Assembly: GCA_002269645.1 (NCBI GenBank)
Contig: NIVC01000426.1
Location: 310,001-374,000, forward strand
Direction: 5' to 3'
From: Macrostomum lignano
Taxonomy: Eukaryota
Length of the DNA stretch: 64,000 nt
This document shows, one piece after another, positions 52,537-64,000 of this stretch. Within the stretch, counting starts at the first letter, position 1; each line of letters begins with the position of its first letter. A program made the translations under genes and the position numbers. The notes under the pieces were generated by a model that did no database searches, was not told the DNA's origin, and saw only the letters and a list, made by a program, of their open reading frames with translations.

Positions 52537-53357
52537 CGTCATTGTCTATAAGACACAGCCTGGCCATTATTTCAGCGTGCCGGAAGCGGTCATTATTTCA
52601 GGGTAAGAGTCTGCGTGCGTGCGACTGCGTAAAGAGGGCGGTGGTTGGGCCATAGACTATAAATAAAAAAGCTGTTGGGCCATAGACTATAAATGAATAA
52701 GCTGATGATAGGCTTGAGCTGACGAGAAGTAGAGATAGTCGAGATCGAGGATTAACAGAGCTGTCTTTTCTTTTTTCGGCTATGGCGCTTATCAATTGGT
52801 CGCATCTTCCAGTGGACAGCCTTAACGGAGTAACTAGATATGAGTTAGAACTACTATCCGAGCTAAGTGCAAAGGAGCTTCAGTGGAGGTGAGACAGGAG
52901 ACGCGGATGAAGCATGGTAAGTACATGTACATTAAGTTGTAAGTAAATTAGCGGCAATACTATTGGTTATATAGAAAGTGTGAATTTTTTACAATACCCA
53001 TTAATCTGCAGGTCGGATGGATTCGGAAAGTGCAGTTCGGTTTTTCGAGAATTGCCACTTCAAGGATTGCACATTTCATTTTTAATGAGCAACTTCTGAT
53101 GAACAGACTACGACTACTATGTTGTTTTTGTGTTAGGCGCGTTTTCTGCTAAATAGTTTTGTGGCTAAATAGTTTTGACTATCATTTTTCTTCTCACTAA
53201 TATTACTATTGTTATGATTATCATTACTGTGAACATTATTCCCTTATGCCAGTTAATATATGAATACTTTAACTAATCGTCTATGGTTCAAACGTCTGTT
53301 AAAGCTGAAATAATGGCCAGTTGAGTTTGTCATTACGCCAGGCTGTGTCTTCTGGAC

Positions 53358-53497
53358 AATGGTAGATTGTGTAAATGGTTTTGGAGGTAGACAATAACGG
53401 TAGATTGTGCATATGGTTTTGGAGGTAGACAATAACGGTAGATTGTGTATATGGTTTTGGAGGTAGACAATAACGGTAGATTGTGTATATGGTTTTG
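53358..53497. repeat. Inverted copy (~3.7 units) of the 38-bp minisatellite
   Basis: GGTAGATTGTGTATATGGTTTTGGAGGTAGACAATAAC repeats. Confidence 0.92.
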
Positions 53498-54502
53498 GCC
53501 ACGAAAGACTAAATTTAATCATTGTCCATGACAAAACCATATGCACAAACACATTGTCTCATGAATGTATTTTTAGTAGCCTTAAATAATGATTCCGAAG
53601 CGTTTAATAATAAGCGTACAGCATGACACAATGTCCCTATGTGTTCGATGTACAATGAAATTGCTTTGAGGTAGCGTCCTTAGATAATGGCCATAAACAC
53701 TCGTCCGCTACGTGCCATGCAGAGAATGTAATTCTCTACTTGATCGTCTTTTTAACCAGAACAGATCCTTAAACCGCTTGCTTGGCTTGCAGTCTGTGGA
53801 AGACCGCAGCTTGGAACGAGCTGTCAGCTTAATTAACTTTTTATCAAGTTGATTGGCTGTATTGTCTATGGCCGGGACGAGTTCGAATTCTTGATGTCAT
53901 GTACGTGTTCACGTTTCACATCATCGCATTCACTAGCTTCATCTCCGTGCTGACAGATTTTGTCGCTATCTACATCCGTTATGCAAGTAGATGGGATAAT
54001 TTTTGTGGAAGACCAACAGAAGCAATTAAAGAAACTGCTTTAAAAGATTCGATTTTTATTGTAATACATACGATTGGAATTCAATTATTTTTATACAGAA
54101 AAGTTAATCGAGTTATACAGTTTCTTCTATTATAATAAAAGTCGCCCGAAATCGGCAAATTAGCTAGTTAATATACGACCATGCTTTCAATAAATAAATA
54201 TACAATAGTGTGTAGGCAGCAAAGTTATCATCAATAGTGTGCGCAGCATCAATAGTGTGCGCAGCATCAATAGTGTGCGCAGCATCAACGTACAACCAAA
54301 CTCCGGCGCGTAGGTTCAGTTAGTTAAAAAATTATTTATGAGTTTGTGGTTAATTATTGAATTTGTAAACTTGTAAAAACTAAAGCGCGAGTAAAATATA
54401 AAACACAATTATATTCGATAACTATTCGATAATTATTCGATAACAGAGATCGAGTAGAGATGTCACAGCCTATTAATTGGTCTGTTTCTGGCGCCACAGA
54501 AA

Positions 54503-55609
54503 TTAGGCCTCTCCAATGAGAGCCAGCAGCACCTTGCGATAGTCGCCAGACGTGTCACTGCGAATCATATCGCCGAGGCCCTTGCTGTGCAGGCGCTGGA
54601 AGGCCGCTTTGATGGCCGGCAGGTCCGACTCGCACTGGCTGATGATGACGCGCTGCAGACGCCGGTCGTTTGTGCCGATGCCTCTCATGCTGTGGTAGAG
54701 CAGGGTGGCAACGTGAGCCACTGGGTCGGTAGCGAACGAGACGATGCTAAGCAGCAGGTTGCGATAGTTGCCGCTAGTCTCGCTGGAGATGGCGTCCTTC
54801 AGACTGCGCTTGTGGGACCGAGCGTACTCGGCCGATACGGCGGCGATGTGCGGCAGCGACCGGGTGCACATGATCCGGTTGAAGGTTGACTCTTCAGTGC
54901 CCATTCGTTTCTCGCCAGCTTCGTACAAGGCCTGAACGTCTTTAGTGACAATCTCTGGGTTCACTGGCCCGGTGCTCTCGTCTCGGTTGGCCATCATCAG
55001 GCCGATGAGGACTCGGCTGAAGTCGCCGCTGACATCGGAGCGCACGTCGGCCTCCATGTCGCGGCGGAACTCTGCATGGTGTCAGTCAAGTCGCGGTCAA
55101 TGAAGTAAGAGAGCGTTTTTATTGTAAAGATTTAATGTGGGCTTACTTTGAGAGTAGGAAGCCTTAATCGCCCTGATCTGGTGATTGTTACGCATCGACA
55201 TGATGTCGACCAGAGCGTCTTCATCCGTGCCGGCTCCCTGTATATTGAAGCATTACATTATTTTGGATTCGAATACTCCTATTAACTTCGAATTAGGATT
55301 CGCATTGTAGTGAAGACTCACCTTGATCGCCCGTCGAATGCAAGCGGCGTCATAGTCGCACAGGTAGTCACAGAGACCCTTACAGACTTTGTGAAAGTTG
55401 CCGCTCAGCTCCGACTTAAATGCGGATTTTAAATCTTTGCCGTACGAAGTTTTAAAAGCCTTGGCAATCTCCGCCCTCTGGTGAGACGGCCTGTGCGCCA
55501 TTACATCAATAATGGCCTTCTCGTCCGTGCCGAGGCCCTTCATGGCCTTGTGCAGCTTCTCAGCGTCGGCCAGCGGGTCGAAAGTTTGATTGATCTGAGA
55601 CAGGGCCAT
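54503..55609 (-). CDS. Annexin, four repeats, minimal N-terminal head, ~315 aa
   Basis: Exons 55609-55322, 55237-55147 and 55071-54503 (phases 0, 1) total 948 nt. Motifs MKGLGTDE, GAGTDE, RMGTEE, MRGIGTND; SELSGNF, SDVSGDF, SETSGNY, SDTSGDY. Confidence 0.95.
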
Positions 55610-56864
55610 GTCCAGTTGCTGTTGGAAACGCAAAGGTTTTATTAATCACTTCTTATAATGATAGTTGTTTGATAGACTTTCACCGATTTTATATCAACCC
55701 AGTAATCCCCGAGCGTTGTATACTGGACAGGAATAGCTTTAAAAATGAAAAGCAACTTTGCCGAGTTTCGGAGTTCGTTTATTATCGGAGACGCAAGCAC
55801 TGAATCTAAAACCTGAGTGTATATTTATTCTGTCAAGTCGGTCCGCGAAGGGTAGAATTTGGAGCATTGAATGAACAATGAAACAGGCTGGCTACACACA
55901 AACGAAGAGGTGGGTGCAGGTGAGTATGTGGGGGAAGGGTTGCATGCAATTGCAAATAAAGCACAACTACCTACGAGCGTATACTAGCGTTTTGTGGCCC
56001 AGGTGAGCAGAACTAGTTTGAATCAAGAGTGTACACTCGTACTTGTCGTACACTATTCGACGTCAAAGCAATTGCAATGGGCGCAGCTATGGTCAAGGAA
56101 AAATCGAAGACAAACGGGCTGTCATGAAAGATTTAATTGCACGTTGCACACCCAGTATGCAGCGGTCCTTCTATGCAATCAGCCCTATTGTGCGAGTTTG
56201 GAATATATGTATAGAAGCCCCCGCATGAAGCGTGCGTGAGCACGATGCTTTGCGCGCTATGTGACACATACTGCACTCCACCGCATTGATCTATGCAGTG
56301 TGTGTTTCATGCATTTTTCATGCACATCACTCGCGACAATTAGCTACTTCAAAAGAGAGCCCGTGGCCGGTCGCACCCGCGCTTGTTTAGCACAGACTCT
56401 GCTGCTACAATTCATGTTCAATAGAATTTCTGCATGAGCGCGCTGTTACATATGTAAAGTATGAAAATGTTATAAGAACATGTTAGCGATTTACATGCAT
56501 GTTGGGGTACATAAATTATTGATCGCCACTGGACTAAAACTCACACAGAGCATTGTAATAAATGTTATTGCAAGTCGCGTACAACTATTTAGTATAGACA
56601 TGCAAGCTTGTACATGTACTTCGGTTTGTTTTTTACTCGAATACATATGTAAGTTTCAGTAAGCATTTTTCTAATACTCGAAGTTTCGAGACGAGTTTGG
56701 TTGGTTTGTATAGTTGACGGTCCAGTCAAATTAGCTTATGGCTGCAAAATTGGCAACCCAACAATTTTAATTGTCTGACAAAAGTGCATGTACAGTCAGC
56801 AATACATGTTGAAAACCGCCACCTAAGAGCATTGGCAGGGTTATTGACTAATTCGATAAGCTCA

Positions 56865-58262
56865 CGACACGAGCTGACGCCAGGCACATGTCCCCCCCCC
56901 CAGTAAAAGCTATGATGGGAACGTGCTAATGCTTTGTCCCCCCCCCCCCAACCCACCTTGTGACACGTGGTAATCATAATTTTTCTTCAGGGCGCCAAAA
57001 TATAGCGCCTATGGCGCTAAAATGAGTGCCTACAACAACAAAAACAACAAAAACAGCAACAACAACAAAATACAGTCATGCAGTCACAGTTAAAACAGGG
57101 CGCGTCAGATGGCGCGCCGCAGAGCCTGGGAGCGAACAAAACCCGCTCCGTTAGCAGAGTCGGGCGCCCCAGCGTCGCACAACAGGCAGTCCACGTATCG
57201 ACGGGTTCGGGCCTGACCCCGCCTGAACGGACCCTAAGGTGAGCAGCAGGACGTCCTGAACAGGTTGGGGGCAGTAGCCCTCGGCCCGGATCACGTGGCC
57301 CGCCAGTTGAAGTCGTCGCCGGCGCAGACTGATGGACGGGCGCTGCAGCTTGGCCCGATCGTACAGGGCCTCGGTCCCGACGCTCTCGTCAGCTTGAAAG
57401 GCCGCACGGAGCAGCCCTGAGTGCGCCGAGTCCAACTGCCGCTCTGGCGTAGCCGTCGATCAGTGTCAGCGTCCACGTCCACGTCCTGCTCTTGTATAGC
57501 AGGACGGTTTCGACCACCACCTGCCACAGCCGAGCACTCTGCTGGTGGTCGGGCAGCGCTTCGGACTGGAGGACGGCTCGGATCGAACGAAAGGCCGCCC
57601 AGGCAAGTCCTCTGCGCCGCCGGAGGTCCTCTTCCACGTTGGGCACCAGACCGCCGAGGACGAACCGCTGGCAGCGTGCGAGCTTTGGTCGTCTGCCCGT
57701 CTGCGCCGCGGCACGTCAGGTCCGTTGGGATATCGGCCGGCACAGTCAGCACCTCGGTCTTCAGCGTGTTGACGATCAGACCAACGCTCGATGCCACCTC
57801 GACCATGCCTGTCGATCTGGCACTGGGCGCCTTCAACGGACGAGGACAGGAGGGCGAGGTCTCGGCGTAGCCAAGCACGCTTTACGCGCTTTTCGCGTGG
57901 CGGTGACCGATGCGTCTGCGCAGCAGGAAGCCGTCATTAGCCGAGGGGAGTGCGGTCCGAAGCACCCAGTCCAGCAGCAGCACGAAGAGGAACGGCGCTA
58001 GCGTGTTGCCCTGCAGAACTCCTGATGAAGTACATGTATCGAACAGGTCAGACAGGCCGTCCGCCTGTCCATGTGGTGAGTGCCTGCGGCGCCAAAAGTA
58101 ATGCCTGTGGCGCCAAAATGAGTACCTGCGGCGCTAAAATGAGTACCTGCGGCGCCAGAATAAGGAGAGGGCTGACAAACACGATTCTCAAAAGAATGGA
58201 AATGCATGTAGGAATTTAGTCATGTACATGCACATGTTAAATTCTTTGCTTTTTCCCCACCC
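56865..58262. mobile_element. Dispersed non-autonomous element split by the RTE insertion
   Basis: Left part 56865-57030 and right part 58070-58262 together match the element at 3270-3510; both halves carry GGCGC(C/T)AAAATGAGT sub-repeats. Confidence 0.55.
57075..58020 (-). mobile_element. 5'-truncated, frameshifted RTE-clade LINE (reverse transcriptase C-terminal half)
   Basis: LQGNTLAPFLFVLLLDWVLR, disrupted YADD (YAE/T), VGLIVNTLKTEVL, RRGLAWAAF, VETVLLY, RRLQLAGHVIR spread over shifting frames. Confidence 0.88.
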
Positions 58263-58916
58263 TGACACCTCCCTTAATAAAATAACGAACGTCTCTCAAA
58301 AGACGCTCCGTCTATCAATGGACGTCCTGGCTGAGCGCCTGGCTGAGCGCCTGGCTGAACCTAGATAGCTGCATGAGAATGAGCCGCTTTATTACTCAGC
58401 TGCATGGTACTGCGCGCCTGCAATTATTATGATTTTACTGAGGATTGTCTTTAATTCGGCAGCCCGATCTGCTACGAGCGTATGCGGTGATCTCAATATT
58501 CTCCAGAGGATAAGGGCACATACGCGTCCCCGGACCATCGGATAGTCTGGGTGGGGCAAGGTGCATTAAATGCAGTAATAATCAACAAAAGCATATGCAA
58601 ATCTTGCTTTTAATAATAATTTAGTCGACTTTAATTAAAAGCTAGCAATACAAAAAAACTTTAAAGTATGCATTTATCCTACAACTTTAGTTATAATCAC
58701 TTTCTTTATTGCATTTAAATTTAGATTTTTTCTTTTCGGAAAAAGGTCGATTTAGATTTAGAGTCGTCGTCAGTTGAGACCACATGGACATCTTGTTGTG
58801 CCGACGCATTATGCATTGCCATCTGTAATCCTTATTCCTTTTTATTCGTTGCTTGAGGTTTTGAATTTTTTCCGTTAGTTATTTTTCATCGATATATAAA
58901 GGGGAAATAATTATAA

Positions 58917-61900
58917 ATGGAAGGCATTGAAAATCCAACCGACTTAACAGATGCTGGCACCCAAAATGGGAATGCAAAGCACTATCAGGTAGGTATATAC
59001 TATTACTAGGGCTACCGGCTAAGCTATTTATTTTTTCTTAAAGAAATATAAAGGAGAATAGCAGTATATATTTTTATTCTGCTCTTTAACTAGGCCTAAT
59101 CCTTAACTTAGGCCTAATGCTTTTTGTGCATATACCATAGCCTATAGGCATAGGGCCTAACATAACATAGCCATATTACCATATGCTACATTAGGGTTGG
59201 CTGGAAAGGATAGACCTAGGGCTAGGTAGTAGATCTAAAGACACAGGTACAATGCCAGGTTGCTTACTGAAATAACTAGGTATTTTGTTACATTATATAT
59301 TTATTATAGGCCTAGGCAGGCTTTTTTAGATCCAGTGTTCATCTTTTGATATATTATGCCTTTCTTATTGCTCTATTGATATTCATAGAGTTTTTTGTCC
59401 AGAAAATTAGGATTCTATATGGATTTTTTATTATATGTACATTTGCATGTCTTGTGCCTAAAAACCATTGAAGTGGCACAGCTTGGCTCTTTGTTTTTAT
59501 GAGTCTATTTTATCATTCTTAGTTGACTGTGTAACAAATATTTGTAACAGAGATGATAAAATAGATTCATAAAATCAAAGATTCAAGCTGGGTCATGCAT
59601 TTTTATGATTTTTAGGTATAGGAAATATATGTAAAATAAAAAATTAACATAGAATCCTACTTCTACACAAATCTAATCTTAATTTAATAGCTTTGCATGT
59701 TCACACTTGCTTAATAATGTCTAGTTTAGTGATCAATGCTATTAGTCACTATATACTTTTGATATATCAAAAGTTGATACTAGTTTTACAAACTTTTAGC
59801 TATCAAAACAAATTTCTTTTAGGTTTAAAAGTTCTCTATTTTTGGAGTTGCCATTTTATTCATATTTTAATAACTCTGTATAACTTTTAAATCTTACTAA
59901 CTTTATTACATCAACATTAGTAAGTTAGTACAACAATTTATGTTAAAATATTTAGTCAAATTAAGCTGAGTTTTTAAAGTTTACTAGACTTGTGTAGGTT
60001 ACACAGGTATTTTTGAATAAAATTGCATATGAAATATGATATTAAATATATAATAGAATCATAATTACTACTACTACTTGAAAACTCAATGAGTAGTCTT
60101 GTTGCTAAATAAATTTTTATTATTTGGTCTTTAAAATAAATATTTGATTGTAATAATTATTAATAACATGTAACCTTTTTATCATTTTAGGATATTTTCA
60201 TTGGCTGTCTTCTGGCTGTCATAGGAAATCTTTTAATCAGTGTTTCACTCAATATTCAAGTAAGTCTGCTTTAGAATATTCTTTTTTATAAATATAATAA
60301 GTAAAATGTACTATTAGATAAGCTAGTTGAACTCAGTGGTGGTCAGTGGGCCATCAAAAAGAGCAAGCAAGGGTCAAGACTCAAGAAGACACCAAACTGA
60401 TCATTTCTCACAAGCTTCTCAAATCTTCACTTCGCTGCTCGCAGAAGTACACGCACAACCGTGATCAACAGCTAACAGTCGGGAATCGAACTCACTACTT
60501 GAAGCGGCCCCTCTGGTGGGTGGGCATAGTGCTCATGGTGCTTGGCGAGTTAGGTAACTTTGCCGCCTATGGCTACGCGCCTGCCTCCACCGTTGCACCA
60601 CTTGGCACTACAACCGTCATCGCCAATATGTTCATCGCTGTGCTGTTCCTGCGCGAACGCCTTCGTCCTGAGGATCTGTTTGGCAGCTCTTTGTCTATCG
60701 TTGGCGCTTTCCTCATTGTCAGCTTCTCCAAGAGGGTGAGCTGGAGGGGGGCAGAGCAGATCAATAGAAAACACGTTTGATTCGCGCACCAGGAGCATTC
60801 ATTTGGGGCTTTTGTACATGCCTGACGATTAGAAAGTCAGGGCCGTTGTACACCCTGTGTGAGCGTGTGTATGAGTGCTATGCCTGCGTACAGTACGAGT
60901 ATTGGAGCGCTTGTTTGTGCTGTGGAGTCAGCGGAATGAGCAGTTCGATTGTCTCAGCGCTGGTTGTGGGACCATGCCGTCAAAGGCGTTGCTCCAGGGT
61001 GGCCACAAATCTACGGTCATTAATATTCTGAGAGGGGTCCAACGTCTTAGGACTTTTTACATGACTCTTTTTAGCAGCTAGCAAGAGTAACAGCAACTGA
61101 TTTATTTCATAGCGACTTTACATCTATGGTACAAGTTTCATTTGCTTCTGCTTGTGTGGCACCCTTGTGGCAACCATGACTGCCTTGAGCAGGAAGTGCG
61201 ACGGGTTCTTGTCCATAAAATGCCAAGGCAGGCGTATGCAGATGCCATTGATGACATGCTTACCTGCTACTGAGGACATGCCACTGAGGAAGATATTAGG
61301 ACTTTTTTTGAAAGACAACTGACTTAATGTTTCCTGGTGCTTCATATGCAGCATCCAAGTTTCTGTTCATGTATTAAATGCAGTACCCCACCCACTGCAG
61401 TTAAGGAGGCATAACTTTGAAAAGTTCGTGATATTTTAAAAAAATATTTCACTGTGTCATTTGTAAGTAAAGCCGCTATGAAATAAATCTGTTGATGTTA
61501 CTATTTTGGAATGTTAAAGAGTCATGTGAAAAGTCCTAAGACTTTTAAGCCGTAAGTCCTAAGTTGTATATTGAGTGTGAACTGCAAAATGGAACTTCAA
61601 ATTTTAATAGGAAATTTTTGGTTTCAAATGTACGTACGTAATTTCATAAAAGCATCCGGCCCTGAAAGGCTTCCATCTAGTCTAAGATAGTAAATCTCCT
61701 TTGAGCTTTGGCATCAAAGCCTCCTTTAAAGCTATGGCGTAACCCTAGCTCTCCCTTTGTTGCTTGACCCTTCGAATCTCGGCAACCGCCCTATGAGCCC
61801 ACGGCATTTCAGCGATCTAATTTTGGGATTCCGTATAGACTTTTCCGATGCATTTTGAACGAAATTTCAGACTGCACTACTATAATCAGTAATAATCTGA

Positions 61901-63323
61901 GCTAACATATCAAAAGATTAGCGGAAAAAGTTGACTGTGAACAGTAACCGCTTTCTTTCAATTTTATCTTGCAGAAGGAGCACGTACTGTCATCCAGCCA
62001 GCTGGTGGAGGCTCTGACTAGCGTTCGCTTTATCATCTATGTGGTGAGTTCACTTTGGGTTAATTGTAAATAAACCTCACCTTTCTTTTGTGATATGCTC
62101 AATAACTATCAGATTCTTCATCTTTGCAGTTAACCTCCCAGTCCCAGATTCTCAGTCACTCGCCACCCTCCCAGATCCTCAATTCCTCTTCCTCATATAA
62201 TGTCATAATTGGAGAGTACTGCAATAAGTTAACATAGAGATTCGTTTCGTTTCGACTTTTTCGTTTTTTTCAGTCGCTGGAGCTTCTCACGCTGACAGTT
62301 CTATTCTTTCTACTCTACGTTGCTAAGAAAGACAATGTGCTCATCCTACTGCTCATCACCAGCATTGTCGGTGCGTTGTTACTTTTTTCTTCCGCATGAA
62401 GAGTCATTATAGAAGCGTCCCAGAGTCGCAGACGATAAAACGCCTCAAAGTGACTCTCAGGTGACTCTTTGACGACTTCTTGGCGACCTGTACCGTTGAC
62501 ATGTCGTCGATTTAGAGTCGTCTGGAGTCAGTTCTTTCCTATTTTACCTGTGTTACATCAAACAGCTCTGAAACGAATCTGTGGTGACGCAAGTGACTCA
62601 GAGGACGCTTCTTGGCCTAGGTACTGTTTTCATCCGGGTTAAGTAGAGCAGAACCTGAAGTTAAAGAAAGTCAATAACTAAATTCATTAATCAACTCCTT
62701 GTGGTATACGATATATTTCAAAACAGCAATATCTTGAATCAGGTCACAAACTCGACTACATTAAACACTAATGTTTCTCTACGAAAACATTGTATAGCAA
62801 ATTTATGTAATTTATCTGCAATTTATAGCAGAGGTTGTAGCCTAGTGGTTAGAGCGTCGCACTCACGACTTGAAGGTCGGGGGTTCGATACCCGATCCCA
62901 CTGGAACAATTTGTGTCCTCGAGCAAGACACTTAACTCTGCATTGCTTCAGTTCACCCAGCTGTAAAATGGGTGCCAGCATTGGCTGGGGTAATTGAGGG
63001 TGTGCGGGGCGACCCCCCAGTCCTTGGACTGAACAGCTAGCCGTAAGCAGCCTTCAGATGCGCCGCGCAATAGCTGCGGCTGAGCTGTCGGTTGCACATC
63101 TGTCCATTAGAGCAAGTGTAATCAATTATTAATTAATTATTATTTGCACTTTATGCAAATTAGTTATATACCGTATTTCGGACGCATTTCAGCTTCCTTC
63201 ACAGTGATCTGCGCCAAGGCCGTGTCCGGTCTGTTGAATCTTAGCCTCGCCGGCCTGCCGCAATTCGGACATCCTGTACTCTATATCATGACTGCCGTAC
63301 TTGTGGCCACTGCCGTGCTGCAG
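58917..63323 (+). CDS. NIPA-family Mg2+ transporter-like protein (NIPAL2/NIPAL3-like), 3' end off-window
   Basis: Exons 58917-58988, 60191-60259, 60445-60735, 61975-62043, 62274-62370, 63193-63323 with consistent phases. Motifs GNLLISVSLNIQ|KY, LWWVG..LM..GE.GNFAAYGYAP...APLG, SFTVICAKAVSG, HPVLYIM. Confidence 0.92.
62831..63145 (+). mobile_element. tRNA-derived SINE with CORE-like domain (family B)
   Basis: A box TAGCCTAGTGG and B box GGTTCGATACC, then GTGTCCTCGAGCAAGACACTTAAC...CAGCTGTAAAATGGG resembling the MIR/CORE domain; (ATT)-rich tail. Confidence 0.8.
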
Positions 63324-63469
63324 GTTTAGTGAGTTTTTTGAGTACATGTAGACATCTAGCACTGTTTTTTAGCTATTCTGGCATATTGTAACATGGAATC
63401 TGATAGTGACAATTAGATAATTATGTGCTGTTTTTATACTGTTTTAACTGGCAGCTTTGAATGCTGTTG

Positions 63470-64000
63470 ATTTCCACCCTCCCAGATCCTCAGTTGTTGG
63501 GCCAGCCTCCCAGATCCTGCTGGAATACCCTCCCAGAGTGTCAATTGCTGGGCCAGTCTCCCAGAGTGTCAATTGCTGGGCCAGTCTCCCAGAGTGTCAA
63601 TTGCTGGGCCAGTCTCCCAGAGTGTCAATTGCTGGGCCAGTCTCCCAGAGTGTCAATTGCTGGGCCAGTCTCCCCGAGTGTCAGTTGCTGGGCCAGCCTC
63701 CCAGATCCTCAGTTGCTGGGCCAGCCTCCCAGATCCTCAGTTGCTGGGCCAGCCTCTCAGATCCTCAGTTGCTGGGTCAGCCTCTCAGATCCTCAGTTGC
63801 TGGGCCAGCCTCCCAGATCCTCAGTTGCTGGGTCAGCCTCCCAGATCCTTAGTTGCTGGATCAGCCTCCCAGAGTGTCAGTTGCTGGGCCAGCCTCTCAG
63901 ATCCTCAGTTGCTGGGCCAGCCTCTCAGATCCTCAGTTGCTGGGCCAGCCTCCCAGATCCTCAGTTGCTGGGCCAGCCTCCTAGATCCTCAGTTGCCGGG
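63470..64000. repeat. 28-bp minisatellite (CCCAGATCCTCAGTTGCTGGGCCAGCCT)n in a NIPA intron, continuing off-window
   Basis: Seen directly. Confidence 0.93.

Noticed and set aside
55905-55930. Plus-strand donor-like CAG|GTGAGT upstream of the annexin
   Set aside because: No associated open exon or acceptor was found; cannot support a gene.
27163-63145. tRNA genes at 27163, 34840 and 62831
   Set aside because: A/B-box heads do not close a cloverleaf and continue into SINE bodies with dispersed copies.

Overview
Eukaryotic (animal) genomic DNA. GC/Ala-rich exons, minisatellite-filled introns and acceptor-like sites just before start codons suggest a free-living flatworm such as Macrostomum (inference only). 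Gene models were built by hand from splice sites and frame continuity: (1) an unidentified minus-strand gene running off the left edge; (2) a 15-exon single-pass receptor with 11 CUB domains and a Tyr-motif-rich tail (2109-15041,+); (3) an SREB-like class A GPCR with an intronless CDS (-); (4) a GATAD1-like gene (-); (5) guanylate kinase (+); (6) an annexin (-); (7) a NIPAL2/3-like transporter (+) running off the right edge. Between and within genes are many unrelated micro/minisatellites (three arrays of 3-4.6 kb), short telomere-type tracts, two tRNA-derived SINE families, TTAA- and 9-bp-TSD MITEs, and Penelope and RTE remnants. The most striking non-genic signal is sharply bounded CpG-void domains that begin just after 5' splice donors, with one SINE copy recording the boundary internally. 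All counts were made by eye and need computational confirmation.
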